A stretch of DNA of 64,000 bases from Candidatus Saccharimonadia bacterium. GTDB taxonomy: Bacteria > Patescibacteriota > Saccharimonadia > UBA4664. Below the pieces are notes generated by a model. That model had not been told where the DNA came from and did not search any database. It worked only from the letters and a program-made list of their open reading frames with translations. The DNA lies in assembly GCA_041743505.1 (NCBI GenBank), contig JBGTMQ010000021.1, forward strand, positions 521 to 64,520, read 5' to 3'. Positions within the stretch are counted from its first letter, which is position 1, and every line of letters begins with the position of its first letter. Shown piece after piece: positions 59,067-64,000 of the stretch. The position numbers were made by a program, and so were the translations under genes.

Positions 59067-59158
59067 AATGAGTTAAGTCAACTTGACATAAAGTATTATG
59101 TATCGATCGATTAGATTTGTCAATTGAGCGGTAATTAATGAAGCGTCAGTTTTTATCA

Positions 59159-59186
59159 TTTACAAATAAACATAAGCTGTTATAAT
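59159..59186 (+). promoter_or_regulatory. sigma70-like promoter (-35 TTTACA, 16-bp spacer from -35 to the TATAAT hexamer, extended -10 TGtTATAAT)
   Basis: tttaca at 59159-59164 and tgttataat at 59178-59186. Confidence 0.55.
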
Positions 59187-59194
59187 GGTGAACT

Positions 59195-59311
59195 ATGAAA
59201 CGATATTGTCCTAACCAGTATTCAACTCCGTCCGGCCAGATGTCTGGCGGGATTATTGTGTTTGCTGGGCTAGTCATTAGCACTCAGGGCGTATCGGACC
59301 GACTTATTTAA
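59195..59311 (+). CDS. 38-codon upstream ORF (leader-peptide candidate): MKRYCPNQYSTPSGQMSGGIIVFAGLVISTQGVSDRLI
   Basis: ATG lies 9 nt after the -10 box (near-leaderless). The stop lies 22 nt before a terminator hairpin. Confidence 0.3.
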   Translation: MKRYCPNQYSTPSGQMSGGIIVFAGLVISTQGVSDRLI

Positions 59312-59333
59312 ACCATAATTTTAGGTCACGATA

Positions 59334-59363
59334 CGCCTCCGAACCGGAGGCGTTTTTCGTTTT
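59334..59363 (+). terminator. intrinsic terminator inside the 5' leader of the MFS transporter (attenuator candidate)
   Basis: cgcctccg-aacc-cggaggcg followed by tttttcgtttt. A second copy of the 3' arm, cggaggcg, occurs at 59386-59393. Confidence 0.55.
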
Positions 59364-59458
59364 AGACATTAACACCAACTGGCGTTCGGAGGCGGATCGG
59401 GGCTTAGCAGCTGCTTAAGTCCCCTGTTGTCACATCATTAAAGTTTCGAAAGGACACC

Positions 59459-60631
59459 ATGGACCGATATAAGGCCAATGCCAAATGGCTGACGTACTTG
59501 GCGCCATTTCGGGTGCTGTCTATTAGTGCCGCCTACCTGATGCCGTTCTTTTTGGAGAAAGGATTCAGCCTCACAGAAGTGTTTTTGCTGCAGTCGGTGT
59601 TCTCCTTGGCGGTGTTGCTCTGGGAGATACCGAGCGGATATGTGGCGGACCGGTTTGGCCGGGCTTTCTGCATAAAGCTAGGCGTACCACTGGCCGCTGT
59701 AGCAATGCTAGCCTATGGTTTTAGTGACCATTACTGGCAGTTTGTGGTCTGCGAGCTGGCACTGGCGATAGCCAGCGGGTTGATGAGCGGCGTTGACACC
59801 GCGCTACTGATCGATTCGCTGAAGGCCGACGGCCGGGAAAACGAGTACGTGAAGAGCAGCCAGCGCATAAATGCGTTTGGTTTTGCGGCTACGGCCTTGG
59901 GTGTACCGCTGGCGTTTGTGCTGGTGAAGTACATCGGCGTGAGCGCGACGCTCATAGCTGACGGCGTTTTGACGGCGATTGGCTGCGTGTTTGCCTTTAG
60001 GTTGACGGAGGCTCCCCGCTTTAACGGGAGCCAAGAAGCGATCCGGTTGTCGGCTTGGCACGCTACGAGAGAGCTGGCGCGGAACGTAGAGGCGCGATGG
60101 CTGGTGGTGCTTGGCTCGGTACTGACTGTGTCAACCTACCTGGCGTTCTGGCTATCGGCACCGTACTACGAGAGTCTGGGCATACCAGTGATGTTCTTTG
60201 GTGTCATTCTGGCAGTTCGCAGCCTATGGAAGGCCGGGTTGTCGCATTGGTTTCACCAAGAAAGGCACCTGGAGCGAAACATGCTGGGCTATGCGGGACT
60301 GGCCGGGTTGGTTTATTTGGCTATGGCCACCAAGCAACTTTGGCTCCTGGTGGCCGTGCTGGGGCACGATGTGGTGCAGGCGCTCCATAGTCAGCCGATT
60401 ACCGGCAAGCTTAACTCCCACATAGCCCAAGACTTTCGGGCCACGCTCAATAGCACGGTGAACCTCGTCCAGCGAATGGTTTACATGGTGGCGGGGCCGC
60501 TCGTCGGGCTACTGGTGGACAAAGCCGGCATACAAGTTGGGTTCGTGGTGACGGGTCTGACGTGCAGTGCGATTGCATTGGCGGCGCTGGCTAGGCTACA
60601 CCGGCTGGGAACGTTTCGGGAACACAAGTGA
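59459..60631 (+). CDS. MFS transporter
   Basis: 390 aa, about 12 hydrophobic segments. Motif GYVADRFGR (MFS loop 2-3). GC-rich. Confidence 0.7.
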   Translation: MDRYKANAKWLTYLAPFRVLSISAAYLMPFFLEKGFSLTEVFLLQSVFSLAVLLWEIPSGYVADRFGRAFCIKLGVPLAAVAMLAYGFSDHYWQFVVCELALAIASGLMSGVDTALLIDSLKADGRENEYVKSSQRINAFGFAATALGVPLAFVLVKYIGVSATLIADGVLTAIGCVFAFRLTEAPRFNGSQEAIRLSAWHATRELARNVEARWLVVLGSVLTVSTYLAFWLSAPYYESLGIPVMFFGVILAVRSLWKAGLSHWFHQERHLERNMLGYAGLAGLVYLAMATKQLWLLVAVLGHDVVQALHSQPITGKLNSHIAQDFRATLNSTVNLVQRMVYMVAGPLVGLLVDKAGIQVGFVVTGLTCSAIALAALARLHRLGTFREHK

Positions 60632-60911
60632 CAACAGTCCTAGGGGCATTTCGCCGGCCCCTAGGACTTTCTTGTGGACGAGCGTGTATGATTTAGAAAT
60701 GAAAACGCTCCCGCTAATAGCAAGCGCCCGCCAGCTGGTGGCTGATAATTACAAGTGTCTAGCCGTAAAAAAAGCCTAGGCCTGGTACTTCAGGGGTAAT
60801 TGCTTGGCGGCAATTATTGGGTGGCAAGTTTGGATAATCTAGAGGACGCGGTGGCGGTTATGATTGCAATTAATGAGGCCGCCGGGTTAAAAGCCCGGCG
60901 GCCGATGGTTA

Positions 60912-61700
60912 TTACGCCTTTGAACGTGGTGCTAGTACTGGCAAGACCCGGTCGCCTTGGTTCCAGCTCCTCATGCGATCTGCTACTGCCTGTCGGTTAT
61001 ATTGTGCTAGTGCCGACAGTTTCTGGCGCGACCTGACCTGCGACCGGTCAAGCCAGGGCGGAAGATCCGGGAACATGAGCGGGAACTCCCCGGGATTGAG
61101 CTGCTCGGTTGCGACTACGAACTCATGCAGGTTGAGCGTGGCGGGCCAGATCGGCTCATGAGTGATGGGACCGCCTTCTTCGCTGGGATACAGGAAGGCG
61201 TTGCCGATGTCCCAAGGTAGCCAATTGAAGGCCCGGAACATGACCGCACGGACCGTCAGCAGATAGTCGTGGCAGCCGGCGGCTACCGACCGGTTAACCA
61301 ACAGGCCAATGAGAGCCAAGAGGGCCCTTCGGCCGACCGGTGTGCGCTGGTGCGCGGCGAGCACTCCCACGCGGGAGGGTTCGGAGTACCGCTTACTGTT
61401 GTCCAAGGCCGGCGCGTGATGGAGCCGGTCCCAAATCCGGCCGGTAGGCAGGTCTGTGATAAGCTGACCCATTGGTAGCGGCCGGGCCAGGACAAGCCGG
61501 GCTGTCGCTATGACTACGCCGTCTTGCGAAACGCCGAACAGCAAGGCGTGCTGGTCGTACTCGTCGTGAGAGCTGCAAGGCGAGGAGGCCTGACAGTATT
61601 CCAGGACTTGGCCGCCACCGCCCTCGCAGAAAATCGCGTGCCTGGCAGCCAGACTACGGTAGCGGTCCCGATGACTTTGCGCTTCCCAGATTGTTAGCAT
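60912..61700 (-). CDS. GNAT-like N-acyltransferase of the FeeM / N-acyl-amino-acid-synthase (Acetyltransf_5) type
   Basis: ...SSHDEYDQHALLFGV...GVVIATARLVL... matches the DE(F/Y)D...H-L...GT-R-L core of FeeM/autoinducer-synthase-like GNATs. Inference from motif memory. Confidence 0.45.
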   Translation of the reverse strand: MLTIWEAQSHRDRYRSLAARHAIFCEGGGGQVLEYCQASSPCSSHDEYDQHALLFGVSQDGVVIATARLVLARPLPMGQLITDLPTGRIWDRLHHAPALDNSKRYSEPSRVGVLAAHQRTPVGRRALLALIGLLVNRSVAAGCHDYLLTVRAVMFRAFNWLPWDIGNAFLYPSEEGGPITHEPIWPATLNLHEFVVATEQLNPGEFPLMFPDLPPWLDRSQVRSRQKLSALAQYNRQAVADRMRSWNQGDRVLPVLAPRSKA

Positions 61701-61715
61701 GGGGTCTATCGCTCC

Positions 61716-62426
61716 TCACCTCCTTTCGGCAATGACCAGCCAGTTCTGGCCGGCGTAGGTGCGACGAATTTCGGCTATCTGCCAGCCGGAACTTTCAAAC
61801 CAGTGGCGCAGCTGAGGCTCGTCGGGGGCGTGGAAGGCACGCGTACCCAGCTCGGCGCAGATTTTCTCGTTGTAGCCGGCCACCGGAGCAAGCAATTTTT
61901 GTAACCGGTGGCGTTCGTGCGGCAGCTCTTCCCCGTTCAGGCCTTGGAGATGCTCAGCCAGCAATGCCTGTGGATCGGCATCCGGGCCTGGAGTAGATAC
62001 CACCAGAACGGCCTTACTGGTAGCGTGTGAGTGTAGCCGGCGCAAGACGGAGGCCGGGCTCCGCAGAGCATAGAGGCCGTTGTTGCAGATAAACCGGTCA
62101 TAGCGCCCGAACAGTCCCCAGTTTGAGATCGGTTGATCGAGATCGGCTGCAATAAACTCAACCGGGCCGGCGTAGGGCTCGGTGCGAGCCTGTCCCAGCA
62201 TGGCCTCGGATTTATCGAGCGCGGTCACCTCGCAGTGGTACCCGGACGCATTGAGCGCCCACAACAGGCCGCCATCCCCGCAGCAAAGATCGAGCAGGCG
62301 AGTGTCATGACCTGGCCTAGCGCAGGCAATAATCTCAAAGAGTAAATTGCGGTAGGGTGATAAGGCGCGAAGCCGGCTGTACACCCGAGCATATTCTTTC
62401 CACAGCTGAGCCTGGTCGATTGCCAT
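61716..62426 (-). CDS. class I SAM-dependent methyltransferase
   Basis: Motif I LLDLCCGDGGL. Paralogous to the next gene. Confidence 0.65.
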   Translation of the reverse strand: MAIDQAQLWKEYARVYSRLRALSPYRNLLFEIIACARPGHDTRLLDLCCGDGGLLWALNASGYHCEVTALDKSEAMLGQARTEPYAGPVEFIAADLDQPISNWGLFGRYDRFICNNGLYALRSPASVLRRLHSHATSKAVLVVSTPGPDADPQALLAEHLQGLNGEELPHERHRLQKLLAPVAGYNEKICAELGTRAFHAPDEPQLRHWFESSGWQIAEIRRTYAGQNWLVIAERR

Positions 62427-62505
62427 GACGATTACTCCCGATGATTGGATACGTTAAAGGACGGGAATATAGTTACCCTTGGTTATTCTATAAGAGAATG
62501 GCTTT

Positions 62506-63231
62506 TTATGCTTGCGGTTCCTGTACTGCCGTCACGAGCCAGTTCTGGCCGGCATAGGCGAGGTCGATGTCAAGGATCCGCCAACCAGAGTTTTTGAACC
62601 AATGGCGTAGCTGGGATTCGCTAGGCAGATGGTAGTTGTCGCCATAACGCGCAAAAAGCATTTCGTTGTACTTGAGCAAGGGTTGTAAGCGGGGCATTAA
62701 TTGCTGCATAGCCTCTTCGCGGGTCAAGCCATTGCCTTCGGAGAGCTGAAGGTGCTCATCGAGCAGCTCCTGGATGTTGGGGTTGGGGCGCGGAGTAGAC
62801 ATCACTAAGCGGGCATTATCGGCGGCGAGTGCGGCGGCTTTTTGCAGGGCCTGGGCCGGATCGTTGAGTAGACACAAGCTATTATTGAATATGATCCGGT
62901 CGAATGGTCCGGTGACACCCCAACTACCTACTGGCTCGTCGAGATTGGCTTTCACAAGCTCCGCCTGGCCATCATATTTGGGTAGCTTGCGGGTGGCCTT
63001 CTCAAGCATGGCATCGGAATAGTCAAGGCCCGTAACGTGACACCGGAGACGCTGCTCCTGGAGTGCCCAGAGCAGGTTAAAGGTGCCGCAACAGGCGTCG
63101 AGCACTCGTAGGCCATCCTTGGCCTGGGCGTGTTCGACTACGTCCAAAAGCAAGTTTCGGTAGGGGATTACCTTGAGCACTTCGTCGTAGACCCGGGAGT
63201 AGCCACGCCAGAGCGCTTCGTCGTTTAACAT
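62506..63231 (-). CDS. class I SAM-dependent methyltransferase (paralogue)
   Basis: Motif I VLDACCGTFNL. Shared C-terminal ...LRHWF..SGW.I.....YAGQNWLV.A with the 61716-62426 gene. ORF extends to 63276. Confidence 0.65.
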   Translation of the reverse strand: MLNDEALWRGYSRVYDEVLKVIPYRNLLLDVVEHAQAKDGLRVLDACCGTFNLLWALQEQRLRCHVTGLDYSDAMLEKATRKLPKYDGQAELVKANLDEPVGSWGVTGPFDRIIFNNSLCLLNDPAQALQKAAALAADNARLVMSTPRPNPNIQELLDEHLQLSEGNGLTREEAMQQLMPRLQPLLKYNEMLFARYGDNYHLPSESQLRHWFKNSGWRILDIDLAYAGQNWLVTAVQEPQA

Positions 63232-63381
63232 GTGTTTCTCCCCCGTTGATTGGCCCTCGATATGCCTATTATTCACAATATGGTGACTTTTTACAAGCTA
63301 TTCATCTTGTGGGGCCCGGATTCACGGCAAAATGACCATTGCAACTGGAGGTTTGCAGATAGGCTACCGCTTGCATAATGG

Positions 63382-63882
63382 CTAACTTGTTACCTCATAA
63401 TCATTCAGCTTGGTGATCTCTCGCCTGGTCAGCTCGATTGAAGCCCGGTGGTATCGTGTCAGGAATTCAAGTTCAGGAGTGGAGTAGGCCTCGAGCATTT
63501 TTTCAAACGCTTGCCCTATTGAGCTGTATACGTTGTCCATTGTTGCAATCCTTGGTCGATTTACTGCAACTATCACCTTCCGGCGATCTTTGGTGTCAGG
63601 CTCACGTTTCACGATGTCCCGTCGCCCGAGCCTGTCGATAACGTTTGTAACTGCACCGGTTGTTAGGCTTAATCTTTTTGCGATTTGCCCGGCAGTCATC
63701 GGTCCCTCTTGCATTAGCACCGAGATCGTCTTCATATCGGTAATGCCTAACCCATACTTGGCGGCTGCAGCTTGCTGAAACAGTGCCGTTTCAGTGCTAG
63801 CCATCTCACCCAAAAAAATCATTTGGTTCATGAGCGATCTTCGGAGATCTTCTTTCTGCATGCTGACTTTCTCCATAATCAA
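63382..63882 (-). CDS. MarR-family transcriptional regulator
   Basis: wHTH ...MTAGQIAKRLSLTTGAVTNVIDRLGRRDIVKREPDTKDRRKVIVAV... Confidence 0.65.
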   Translation of the reverse strand: MIMEKVSMQKEDLRRSLMNQMIFLGEMASTETALFQQAAAAKYGLGITDMKTISVLMQEGPMTAGQIAKRLSLTTGAVTNVIDRLGRRDIVKREPDTKDRRKVIVAVNRPRIATMDNVYSSIGQAFEKMLEAYSTPELEFLTRYHRASIELTRREITKLNDYEVTS

Positions 63883-64000
63883 TTGACGCTATATATCTTG
63901 ATGATTAAGATAATATTGTAACTTAAGCTTTTAATGTGATGCAAGGAAACAAATGAACAGAAAAACCAACCCATCCACACTGTCTGGTGCTACCCGTTGG

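Overview
Dense bacterial window (about 85 genes) with visibly mosaic base composition. A lower-GC backbone (alpha/beta hydrolase, MarR/VOC pair, T4SS genes, glyoxalase) alternates with strongly GC-rich blocks (946-2990, 9615-13071, 43024-46459, 52441-53658, 59459-63276). Gene content suggests a monoderm-type organism, possibly Patescibacteria/Saccharibacteria-like, but lineage cannot be fixed from sequence alone. Supporting content: TrbC-like pilins, pilin-VirB6 fusion, PrgI/VirB3-like, VirB4, CHAP hydrolase, VirD4-like coupling protein, CcdA/TlpA thiol-disulfide cluster, and a CCA enzyme with HD domain.

Main features:
- A type-IV-secretion/conjugation-like operon lies at 27567-35287. Its VirB4 is interrupted by a single in-frame TAG.
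- Directly downstream, on the opposite strand, is a tightly coupled four-gene cassette (39971-40465 hypothetical, DNA methyltransferase, HerA-like ATPase, NurA-like nuclease). A divergent XRE regulator and operator-like repeats flank it. I flag this as a candidate undescribed modification-linked HerA-NurA defence system.
- A second defence-like patch (MNT nucleotidyltransferase, Zn-ribbon protein with a possible PD-(D/E)xK motif, PLD/Nuc-like nuclease, XRE) lies at 23319-26489.
- Plasmid/ICE-type genes (DUF3768, replication-relaxation-like, large serine recombinase) end at 55711. The recombinase 3' end overlaps an antisense tRNA-Lys(CTT), followed by tRNA-Arg(TCG), which suggests an integrated element inserted at the tRNA.
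- Galactofuranose/glycan genes: NTP-transferase, GT1 glycosyltransferase, UDP-galactopyranose mutase, HAD hydrolase, kinase-like protein.
- Three NUDIX hydrolases.
- A thioredoxin reductase/glutaredoxin/CcdA/TlpA cluster.
- An MFS transporter preceded by a promoter, a 38-codon uORF and an intrinsic terminator (attenuator candidate).
- A GC-rich biosynthetic-looking operon: MarR, two tandem paralogous SAM-methyltransferases, FeeM-like N-acyltransferase.

No CRISPR array, rRNA or transposase was recognised. All functional calls rest on motif-level reading of the translated ORFs; no database search was possible.
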